Origin: a virus
IMG/VR virus record: IMGVR_UViG_3300009503_000073
Reading direction: 5' to 3' (one strand)
DNA length: 33,164 bases
The notes under the pieces are model-generated. The model had not been told where the DNA came from. It did no database searches and saw only the letters and a program-made list of their open reading frames with translations. Every line of letters starts with the position of its first letter. The first letter of the stretch is position 1. This document shows positions 15,181-23,667 of the stretch, in pieces. The position numbers were made by a program, and so were the translations under genes.

Positions 15181-16902
15181 TTACTCAATTATTTTAACTA
15201 TAACATCTGGTAATTCATCTTTAATTCTTTGGCATACCAATTGAGCGCGTGCATACAGGAAGTCCTTGTAGTCTTTTGGCTGGAATTCATTTCTGCTTAG
15301 AAATTCTTTTGGAATCAAGTGGGATTCAAGTATTTTTTCAAAGTTCTTTACGTCTTTAAACTCATTAAAGTAATCGAGTGGATTCTTGTCTCCAATTTTG
15401 ATGTTCGTTTTTGCGCGTAGATAACAGATGTTCATCAAGCTGTTTATGTCTGCTTCTTGGGGTAAATCATTAACGTTTTCTAAGAAATTCTGTGGGTAAA
15501 TGTGATGAAGATTTGGTGCTTGTGAGAGAAGTAAGTAGACATCATCCAAGACCTCGGCGTCGGGGTCTGAGAAATCAAGTGGATTCTGTTTGGCCAACAA
15601 GGCTAACACTGCTCTGCTAAGTGAACTCCTGTAGTAGTAACTTGTTTTAACGAGTTTAGATTTGGACAGCACCAATTCGGATAGGGCTGTTTTCTCTCCC
15701 TTTTCAATTTTGTCAAAATAGTTGTTACAGTAGTCATATACTTGGTCTGCACGTCGGAAATCTTCATCGCCAAAAACGGTTCTCCAAAACCATTGTTTGG
15801 CTAAGTGTTTGTTTGGGTTTGGATTTTTGTAGAAATAGTGGCATAGTGGGAAGAGTAAGTATGCGTTGGGTAGCATATTTGGACCTTGAATCTTTAAGTC
15901 TGAAAGAAATTTTATTGTCTCGAATATCGTTTTTTGACAATTATCCCAGTTTTTCTCCAGGCTATCAGTCGTCAAATTGTCCAGCGCTTTTGGGGTGATG
16001 CCGAAGGATTTTCGGTCGCCGCTTTCATCTTTTCTTAAACATATGGAAAACATTTGAATCAGAGCGTAGTCATCAATCTCTCGAAATCTATTTCCAATTG
16101 GCGATAGGGTTTTCTTGAGTGCTTCAAGATTGTCTCGTAAATAAAACATTGTTATTCCTTTCTCCCGGTTTTCGTTGCGGTAGGTTCTGGCGACTATTAT
16201 GTCAACAGGGTCGAGTCTTTTTCCTTCTTGGTTAACTCTTTCAAATATTTCTGTAACTTCGTCTACATCTACTCCTTGGATTCTTACAAAGACTAGCATG
16301 TAATCTGTGAATATTCGGTAAAGCTGTTTTATGTTGTTTTTAATTGATTCATTGATTCCAGGTTCATTGAAAATCCTTTCGTAGTAACTTAGGAAGTCAC
16401 CTTTGGTCACGTCTTTGAGCCGAAGGAGAAATGCTGGATTAACCTTGGTTTTTCGCCTTTGAAGGTCTTTTTCAAAGAAAAAATCAGCCGTTGTAGCGTC
16501 AAAGTAAACTGTGTAGTCAAAGTTTTCATTCTCTTTAACTTTGCCTTTTCCTCCCATGAGCGAGACAAGCAATGAAGTAGCCCTTTGCTGGCCGTCTAGA
16601 ATGTACTCCCATTCCTTAAATTGTCTTAAAGTTTCTTCATCATGAGGAAATTTAAAACCGCCAATTTTTCGGTGAGTATGCAGATAAGTGTCTGTTACCC
16701 AGTACAGCATGCTCCCCACTGGATAGAATTTGTAAATGCTATCCCACAGTTTTAGTATATTTTCAGGTTCCCAAACAAAGTCTCTTTGAAAAGTCGGAAT
16801 GAGTATCTTGTCTTTGGTTAATTTTTCTTCAACGAACACATTAATCCTCATGGTCTCTGATTTAATCTCACGCTGTAAGTTCGTCATTTGGTTGCTTTCC
16901 AC
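15181..16902 (-). CDS. GmrSD-like protein (DUF262 plus C-terminal HNH-like DUF1524 domain), putative Type IV restriction endonuclease
   Basis: IPTFQRDFVW and ILDGQQRATSL DUF262 motifs, IFERVNQEG; C-terminal NLHHIYPQN...NSLMNICYL...N..I.DKNP. Confidence 0.88.
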   Translation of the reverse strand: MESNQMTNLQREIKSETMRINVFVEEKLTKDKILIPTFQRDFVWEPENILKLWDSIYKFYPVGSMLYWVTDTYLHTHRKIGGFKFPHDEETLRQFKEWEYILDGQQRATSLLVSLMGGKGKVKENENFDYTVYFDATTADFFFEKDLQRRKTKVNPAFLLRLKDVTKGDFLSYYERIFNEPGINESIKNNIKQLYRIFTDYMLVFVRIQGVDVDEVTEIFERVNQEGKRLDPVDIIVARTYRNENREKGITMFYLRDNLEALKKTLSPIGNRFREIDDYALIQMFSICLRKDESGDRKSFGITPKALDNLTTDSLEKNWDNCQKTIFETIKFLSDLKIQGPNMLPNAYLLFPLCHYFYKNPNPNKHLAKQWFWRTVFGDEDFRRADQVYDYCNNYFDKIEKGEKTALSELVLSKSKLVKTSYYYRSSLSRAVLALLAKQNPLDFSDPDAEVLDDVYLLLSQAPNLHHIYPQNFLENVNDLPQEADINSLMNICYLRAKTNIKIGDKNPLDYFNEFKDVKNFEKILESHLIPKEFLSRNEFQPKDYKDFLYARAQLVCQRIKDELPDVIVKIIE

Positions 16903-17040
16903 ACCCTTTATAATGTACCTGTAGCGTTCTTAAAAACTTTGCAGGCTTACTGCACATTCTTTCGTTTACTGTTATCTTGCCTTTATAGGGCAAGTCATAT
17001 TAGCAATTTAGTATAGAAATTGGAGGAAGATTGATGTAAT

Positions 17041-17478
17041 ATGAATGAAGTTGCAGGTGTCATCTTTCCGGTGCCCAAACACTTGGTTGATAGGTTGCTG
17101 ACGGAAAAAAGGAATGTGTTTGTCAAATATGTTGGCAAAACTGGCCTTCTAAAAAGGTTATTAGTTAAACATCGGGTCTTGTTTTATGTTTCTGGTTCAT
17201 CTAAAGAGATCGTGGGCGAGGGTACGATTGATGAAATTAGTTTTCTTACACCTATCGAAGCTTTGCAGAGGTATGGCAGAAAGTTGTTTCTTGATGAAGG
17301 TGAATTGGAAGCGTATATTCGCTTACAGCCAAATAGGGATTCTTCTAAGAAGATGCTTGTCTTGGTGCTTTCCAAAATTAAAAAATACGCGAAGCCTAAG
17401 GTTTTTGGAAAACCTATTAGTATGTCTGGCCTTTACTTGTCTAAAGAGGACTATAGGTTGCTGCTTGCTCAGCAATAA
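17041..17478 (+). CDS. DUF365-family PUA/ASCH-like protein
   Basis: GVIFPVPKHLVDRLL...VFVKY...VLFYVS...IVGEGTI...YGRKLFLDEGELEAY...GLYL matches the archaeal DUF365 pattern as recalled. Confidence 0.7.
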   Translation: MNEVAGVIFPVPKHLVDRLLTEKRNVFVKYVGKTGLLKRLLVKHRVLFYVSGSSKEIVGEGTIDEISFLTPIEALQRYGRKLFLDEGELEAYIRLQPNRDSSKKMLVLVLSKIKKYAKPKVFGKPISMSGLYLSKEDYRLLLAQQ

Positions 17479-20400
17479 TTAGTAATGACCTAACTCCAAG
17501 AATCGCGAACATTCTTTCTATGCATGACTTGTTGGGGATGCCTGCGTCTGTGGATTGGAAGAGGACGTGTTTTTCCGTTTCAAAATAGTCCATTGTCAGG
17601 TGCGGTCCATGTAGCCTTGATAGGTCTCGGAAGGGCGTTACTGAAACTACGAATGCGTCGAGTTTTATGTTTGGGTTGCCGATTTCTTTCTCTATCTGCT
17701 CGTGCAGGTATTCGTGGAGTTTTAGTTTGGGGTCGTCTAAGCCCATGTGAGTTAAGCCTTTAGGGTCAATGAATACTATGGTTTGTTTTTGTTCTTTCTT
17801 TATCCACATGATGAAGTCTGGGTAGAATGAGTGGGCTTCGTAGAAACCGACGCCTTTGCTTCTTGTTAGGTTTCTTAGTAGGTAGATTTCGGCGTCTGTT
17901 TGGTGTGTGCTGAGGTAGTTTTTGAGGTCTTCAACAAAGGTTGATTCGCCTACGTTTAGTCCCGTTGGAATGGTGACTATGCTTGAATTGTCTTGTTTTA
18001 CGAGGAGCGGTTGGTATAGGTGTCCTTTGAATGGGGCAAGTTTTAGGGTTGCGGGGGTTTGGTCTATGTAGGTTCTGAGTCCGTCGGTGAGTTTTTGTTC
18101 GGTTATTAGGTTGTAGATTTTGCCGGTTTGGATTAGGTTTTCGAGGTTACTGATTAGCATTTGGTCTTCTTCGTTTAGTTGGATGCGGTACATGGTTAGG
18201 ATGTTGTCGTCTTCTTGTTTGAGTGGTTTGAGTTCTATGTGTGTTTTTTCGGCGGCGTTTCTTTTCTTTTGGTAGTAGAGGTTTAGGTATTTTTGGAGTA
18301 TGAGGATGACTATGTCGGTGGTTTGTTCTATGGCTTGGAAGGTTTTGGGTTCTATGAGTTCGGGGTCGCAGAGTAGTGTGTATTTTTGGTTGTAGATGAT
18401 TTGTTTGAGGGCTTCTTTGGTGATGGCTATGTTGAAGAGTTCGCGTTCGTTTTTGTATTCTAGGATTTTGTAGTAGATGTCGTTCCAGTCGAGGATGTCG
18501 AGGATTTCTTTTCTGATTGTTCGTGGTGTTTGAGTGGTTGTTGTTGATGTTAGGGTTTGGTCGCCTCTGCCGTCTATTACGAGTGCTCTGGGGATGAGGT
18601 CGAGTTTTACTTGTAGCTCGTCTGTTGGTTCGAGTTTGAAGAGTTCTTGTTCGAAGGACCAGCCTTGTTTTAAGCCTATGATTTGGAGGTCTGTGGGGAA
18701 GGGTTCTATTTTTTTGGTTGGCAAGGGGATTTCGTATATGGGGAGGTCTTCTTTTTCGATTATTTCTTTGAAGGTTTCCATGTAGTTTGCTTGTATGCCG
18801 TAGATGTGGAGTGTTTCAAGAATTTCTATGAATTGTGGGTGAGGAGGAGGCACGTATCGGCTTCTTTTGAGTCCGAGGTTTTTGCCTTTTAGTCTGACGC
18901 CTCTGCCGAATAGTTGTATGATTTGTGGTCCTGCGCCTTTTCCGATGTAGAGTAGGCTCATGGTGGATACGCGCCATGAGTTCCAGCCTTCTACGAATTT
19001 CTTTGAGCCTATGAGTAGGTTGATGGGTGAGTTTGGTTCGTTTATGTCTTCGAAGAGGGATTTGCTTATGGCTGCTTTTTGTATGGTTATGTCTTGGGCT
19101 GTTGTTTCGACTAGTTTGAGGAATTCGCGTTTGTCGCCTATGTTTATGACGGCGAAGTATTTTTCTGCTGTTCCGGCTTTTAGGCCGATTTCGCCTTCGG
19201 CTTCTTTTAGGTCGATTAGGTGGAGTTTGCAGCTTGTGTTTTCGGGTGAGATGTAGAATATGTCGTTGAAGATGCCGTTGTAGATTTCTTGGGCGGATGT
19301 TTTCTTTTCTCTGAAGTAGGCGAAGTTTCTTTCTGGGTGTCTTGGTGCGAATACGTCTTTGTTGTTTGCTATGATGCCTGATTGGCCTGTTAGGATGTTT
19401 TGGATTAGTTGTGTGATTTCTGTTTTGTTTGTGTTTAGGAGCCAGTTTAGGAATTGGACGACTTTGAAGACGTCGGAGGCTTCTTTTTGGACTTTGCTTC
19501 CGACGAATATCCAGAGGGGTTTTTCAATGTTGTATTCTTTTAGGCTTTGGCCTGCTTCGCGGTATTGGATGAGTTGCTCGTAGAATGCCATGGCGTTGGC
19601 TAGGAGTAGCGTTTTGGTTTGTTTGTCGTTGAATTCTTTTTTTCCGAGGTTTAGGATGCGGAAGTCTTTGCCGTAGCCGTCGCCGTAGAAGTACTTGTAT
19701 GAGTAGTCGAAGAGTATGGCTTTTGAGTATTCGCGGAAGGATTCTTCTTTGCTGCTGTCGATGGCTTGCCCAAAGGTGGCGCTGTATTCGAAGGTGAAGC
19801 CATCTTTTGCCAGTCTTTCTCGGGTTCTCTTCCATTTCATGTCCTCAGATTTTTGTCCTTTGTGCCCTTCATCTACAAAGACGAGGTTTTTTGTGCCGAG
19901 GGTTGAGATGTCGATGGTGACGCCTTCGCCTTTTTTGTCTTCGGGCAGTTTAAGTTTGTGTATGCTTATGACTTTGACGGTGTTTTTGTCGGCTTCGAAG
20001 TAGCCGCCGTTTTCACCTTGGAAGAGAGTTGCGGGGATTCCGCTTGCTTTGAGTTCATCTAGGTGTTGTTTGGACATGTCGTCTCCGGTTGTGATTAGGA
20101 TTATGTTGTCGTAGTCTATTTTGTACGGTCCTTTGTTGTAGGCTAAGAATTGCCAGTAGTTTGCATGCATGATGAGGGTTTTTCCGCTTCCCGTTGCCAT
20201 CCAGTAAGCGATTTTTTGTAGGTCTGGGCGCCGTGAGAAGTAGTTGTCTGATTTTGCTTGTTCCACCCACTGGTTTAACTCGTTTAGGAAACGGACGGGG
20301 TTTTGAAAGTAGCTGTCCAAGTATATTTCTGCAAACAGCAGAGCAAGGTATTGGTAGTATTTGAACGAGATTTTCTCCTCTCTGTTCTTTTTTAGCTTTT

Positions 20401-20656
20401 GAAAGTATTTTCTAATGTTGTCGTCATATTGCCTCAGCTTGCCCTCTGGGACGGTGTTGCCTTTCTTTGAGATTAAGCTGTAGTACATGTAGCTTTTGCC
20501 GTCTTCCCCAAAGCCCTCGTTGACATCGCTGAACTGTTTAATGTCTGAAACTTTGTGTAGACCGAGTTTGTTGGCTATGAACTGGGCAAGCAACAAATGG
20601 TTTTCTAAACTGAATCGAGTCTTCAGCTGAGCAGATGCTTGGCTTACCTTGGGCAT
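17441..20656 (-). CDS. res: Type III restriction endonuclease/helicase (Res)
   Basis: SF2 motifs WMATGSGKT, VFVDEGH, EYSATF, EGWN, QLFGRGVRL; C-terminal nuclease FYPDFIMW...IVFIDPKG. Confidence 0.9.
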   Translation of the reverse strand: MPKVSQASAQLKTRFSLENHLLLAQFIANKLGLHKVSDIKQFSDVNEGFGEDGKSYMYYSLISKKGNTVPEGKLRQYDDNIRKYFQKLKKNREEKISFKYYQYLALLFAEIYLDSYFQNPVRFLNELNQWVEQAKSDNYFSRRPDLQKIAYWMATGSGKTLIMHANYWQFLAYNKGPYKIDYDNIILITTGDDMSKQHLDELKASGIPATLFQGENGGYFEADKNTVKVISIHKLKLPEDKKGEGVTIDISTLGTKNLVFVDEGHKGQKSEDMKWKRTRERLAKDGFTFEYSATFGQAIDSSKEESFREYSKAILFDYSYKYFYGDGYGKDFRILNLGKKEFNDKQTKTLLLANAMAFYEQLIQYREAGQSLKEYNIEKPLWIFVGSKVQKEASDVFKVVQFLNWLLNTNKTEITQLIQNILTGQSGIIANNKDVFAPRHPERNFAYFREKKTSAQEIYNGIFNDIFYISPENTSCKLHLIDLKEAEGEIGLKAGTAEKYFAVINIGDKREFLKLVETTAQDITIQKAAISKSLFEDINEPNSPINLLIGSKKFVEGWNSWRVSTMSLLYIGKGAGPQIIQLFGRGVRLKGKNLGLKRSRYVPPPHPQFIEILETLHIYGIQANYMETFKEIIEKEDLPIYEIPLPTKKIEPFPTDLQIIGLKQGWSFEQELFKLEPTDELQVKLDLIPRALVIDGRGDQTLTSTTTTQTPRTIRKEILDILDWNDIYYKILEYKNERELFNIAITKEALKQIIYNQKYTLLCDPELIEPKTFQAIEQTTDIVILILQKYLNLYYQKKRNAAEKTHIELKPLKQEDDNILTMYRIQLNEEDQMLISNLENLIQTGKIYNLITEQKLTDGLRTYIDQTPATLKLAPFKGHLYQPLLVKQDNSSIVTIPTGLNVGESTFVEDLKNYLSTHQTDAEIYLLRNLTRSKGVGFYEAHSFYPDFIMWIKKEQKQTIVFIDPKGLTHMGLDDPKLKLHEYLHEQIEKEIGNPNIKLDAFVVSVTPFRDLSRLHGPHLTMDYFETEKHVLFQSTDAGIPNKSCIERMFAILGVRSLLIIAEQAATYSPL

Positions 20657-20661
20657 GACGG

Positions 20662-23600
20662 TTATGCTCCCATTAACCGCTTAAACTCAGGCTCTATAGG
20701 ACGTGCATTCTCAACGTAGCTGTCACCGTTGACGAAAATGAGGTCAAAGTTTTTGCCTGCAAGAATCTTACTTTCAATGAACGCTTTGTCTTTTTCAAGG
20801 TCAATTTCATCTAGGTTTCTCCAGATAACACATACACTCTGGTTTTCCACCTTGCCAAACACTGCCCTGTAAACCCGTTCCTCATCACTGAACCGCTGCA
20901 ACTTCTCAACAGTTAAGCCAAGAAGATAATTAAAGGTCTCAACGAGGTCAACAACTACCGTTTTCTCCCCATCGGCGTTTACTGTTTTGATTTTATAATC
21001 AAAAGGCCTCACAAGCTTGTCTACCATCAGCCTTGTTGGGCTTTCCCTTGTCTCATAATCAAGCATGTAATGCAAAAAGTAGTCTCCAAAGCGGTCAAGG
21101 GTTTCTTGAGCCGTTTTATCAGGTTCCTTAATTATTATGTTGTTTAGGGTGTCCTCGTAGTTTTCGATGTACTGGTATTTGAAGCAATGGCTTTTTCCAT
21201 TAGTAGACTGTGGCTTGCCATCTTTCCAGTCGCTTGAAAACATGGCTTTTTGAATGCGCTTTTTCATTGTTGACTCAAAGTAGTCGCCAATTTCGATCAG
21301 TATGTATTTCCTTTTTCCAGAGTCCTCAGAATTCAAATCAATTGTTGCTTCTGCTGTCGTTCCTGACCCAGCAAAGAAATCCAAAATTATCGAATCGTTG
21401 TTAGTGCCTATTGTAATTATTCGCTTAAGAAGACGCTTAACCTTAGGTGTGCTAAATATTTCTCCCTCAAAAATCATTGATTTAAGTTCTTGTTTACCTT
21501 CTTGATTGTGACCGACTTCCTCATAGGTCCAGATTGTCAATGGAGTAATTCCTTCTTTGACCTCGCTAAGGAATCTCTTGATTCGAGGAACATTATTTCC
21601 ATCTTCACCAAACCAGATTCTGTTATCTTTTACCATTTGCTGAAATCTCTCAGGAGATACTCGCCAACAGTATCCCGCTGGAGGATTGACAATTCTTCCC
21701 GAAGGCGTGGTAATCGGGTAATCATAAGAAGCAGAATACGTCTTAACATCAAGTCCACCTGACATCCAGGGACCGCGAGGGTCGTTATCGGGATTTTTAT
21801 ATCGTTCATTGTGCCCTTCAGTTCGCGGTAAGAGATTCGGGCGCCAGATCTCTTTGTTTTTGGCATAGCATATTATGAAATCATGATTATCGGAAAACCA
21901 TTTTGCATCATTCTGAGGAGAAAATTTCTTCTGCCAGATTATGTTTGAAACGAAATTATGTTGTCCAAAAACTGAATCTTCAAGCGCCTTAAGCCGGGCT
22001 TGTTCTGTGTCGTCTATGCTGATAAAAACTGATCCTTCTGAATTTAGTAATGGAACAGACTGCTCAAGACATGACTTCATCATTGTTAACCAGCTTGAAT
22101 GCTGGTAATTGTCTTTATAGATGAAGTCGTCTCCGCCTATGTTGTAAGGTGGATCTATGTAGACGCACTTTATTTTTTCGCCAAATTTAGTCTCCAATAA
22201 TCGCAATGCTTGGTAGTTGTCGCCTTTAATCATCAATCCATCGGTGAATTCATCTATATTGTCGATTTTTTGCAGTAGCCTTTCTTTGAAATCCTGTGGA
22301 AAATTTTTGGTGTCTAAAGTAAGATACTTGTATTGTTTGAGGAATTCAACAGGCAACGTTTTCTTATTAGCGGTACTGTAAAATGACCCTTTTGTTATTT
22401 CATCCAATTGGTAAAGTTGCTTCCATTCTAAAACTTGTTTTTCATTTCGTCCAATTTCCTCATAAAACTCGACAGGTACACGGTCTAATGTCATGCAGTA
22501 GTCGGTTCGCAAAACAAGTTTCTTTTTCTCGTAGAGCTTCTTCTGGAAGTCTTCTATCTGATTGAGGAACTCTATTATTTTGGCTGCTATGTTGTGGATT
22601 GCTTTTGCTTTGGCTGCAAGAATTTTAGCACCGTTCCCATCGGCTGCTTCAAGGTCACTTAGGCTCCACATTTCATTTTTGAGGTAGAAGTCAAGTTCAC
22701 TCTCAAGAAAGCCTTTTAGGTTTTTGTGGATGAAGAAGTCCCGTGTGTTACGTTCCACATAGCTATTCAAGTGCTTTTCTAGTAAGGGTTTTTCTCCTTC
22801 ACCCCGAGATTTGAGGATTCCCGCAACAGGGCTGTTCTCCAACAAGGGAGTTATCTTTTCTATGGCATCCTTGACCAGAGCCGCTTGGACGTCCGACTTA
22901 CCAAACTTGGAAGTTTCCTCGTCTGTAAGCCCACGATAATTAAACCGAATCTCAACAGAACCGGCAGCATCATCTATGGTAACGGACTCATCTGGGGAAA
23001 GCAAGAAGTACTTCTTTTCACCCTTAACATTTCCTACTTCAACCTTTGCTTCGGCAAGAACAAAAGTTACCAGATACCGTCCAGTTCTAAAACTGTATTT
23101 TTTGAAGAACTCTCCAGTCTTAACATAGTACATGTCTTTAGTTGCCCAGTAGAGCGCTACTTCTTCGCCGTTGTAGGGAATGTAGTACTTGTTTTTGCCA
23201 CCGTACCGCCGTTTGGGAATAAAATCACCTTTATCGTAGTAACGGGAGAAGAACTCGTAGATGTGGTTGAAGACGTCACTTACTTGAGATTGAGTTAACT
23301 TTGCTTCTTCGAGCTGCTTCTTTTTGCCAAGGTACAGTTTAACCTTTGGCGCATCCTCGTTTCTCTTTACGTTGCCCTCGATGTCCAAGGTGCCCTCGCC
23401 AAAATCGCGAACAATCTCATTCTTAAGCTTCTCAACCTCGCTTTTCAGCTCCTCTTGCCCAACTTGGCTGTACGCTTGGAACTGTTTTTCAGCCTCAGCA
23501 ATCAAATCTTGCTCTATGAACTTCTCAATCTCTTTTCGCTTAAAATTCATGATTCGGTAAATGCCAAAATCAAGGTCCTGATTATCAAACTGGAAAAGCT

Positions 23601-23667
23601 CTCGCAATAAGCTCTTGACTTTTTCTCGTACATCCTCTTCAATCTGAACCACAACTATTTCCTCCAA
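20662..23667 (-). CDS. mod: Type III DNA adenine methyltransferase (Mod), long form
   Basis: Catalytic YIDPPY precedes SAM-binding LDFFAGSGTT (beta-class order); N-terminal DLDFGIYRIMN extension. The true start may be GTG 23652 (SD GGAGG). Confidence 0.92.
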   Translation of the reverse strand: MEEIVVVQIEEDVREKVKSLLRELFQFDNQDLDFGIYRIMNFKRKEIEKFIEQDLIAEAEKQFQAYSQVGQEELKSEVEKLKNEIVRDFGEGTLDIEGNVKRNEDAPKVKLYLGKKKQLEEAKLTQSQVSDVFNHIYEFFSRYYDKGDFIPKRRYGGKNKYYIPYNGEEVALYWATKDMYYVKTGEFFKKYSFRTGRYLVTFVLAEAKVEVGNVKGEKKYFLLSPDESVTIDDAAGSVEIRFNYRGLTDEETSKFGKSDVQAALVKDAIEKITPLLENSPVAGILKSRGEGEKPLLEKHLNSYVERNTRDFFIHKNLKGFLESELDFYLKNEMWSLSDLEAADGNGAKILAAKAKAIHNIAAKIIEFLNQIEDFQKKLYEKKKLVLRTDYCMTLDRVPVEFYEEIGRNEKQVLEWKQLYQLDEITKGSFYSTANKKTLPVEFLKQYKYLTLDTKNFPQDFKERLLQKIDNIDEFTDGLMIKGDNYQALRLLETKFGEKIKCVYIDPPYNIGGDDFIYKDNYQHSSWLTMMKSCLEQSVPLLNSEGSVFISIDDTEQARLKALEDSVFGQHNFVSNIIWQKKFSPQNDAKWFSDNHDFIICYAKNKEIWRPNLLPRTEGHNERYKNPDNDPRGPWMSGGLDVKTYSASYDYPITTPSGRIVNPPAGYCWRVSPERFQQMVKDNRIWFGEDGNNVPRIKRFLSEVKEGITPLTIWTYEEVGHNQEGKQELKSMIFEGEIFSTPKVKRLLKRIITIGTNNDSIILDFFAGSGTTAEATIDLNSEDSGKRKYILIEIGDYFESTMKKRIQKAMFSSDWKDGKPQSTNGKSHCFKYQYIENYEDTLNNIIIKEPDKTAQETLDRFGDYFLHYMLDYETRESPTRLMVDKLVRPFDYKIKTVNADGEKTVVVDLVETFNYLLGLTVEKLQRFSDEERVYRAVFGKVENQSVCVIWRNLDEIDLEKDKAFIESKILAGKNFDLIFVNGDSYVENARPIEPEFKRLMGA

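Noticed and set aside
17524-20003. Multiple plus-strand ORFs opposite res
   Set aside because: Antisense to a motif-complete gene; no SD or recognisable domains.
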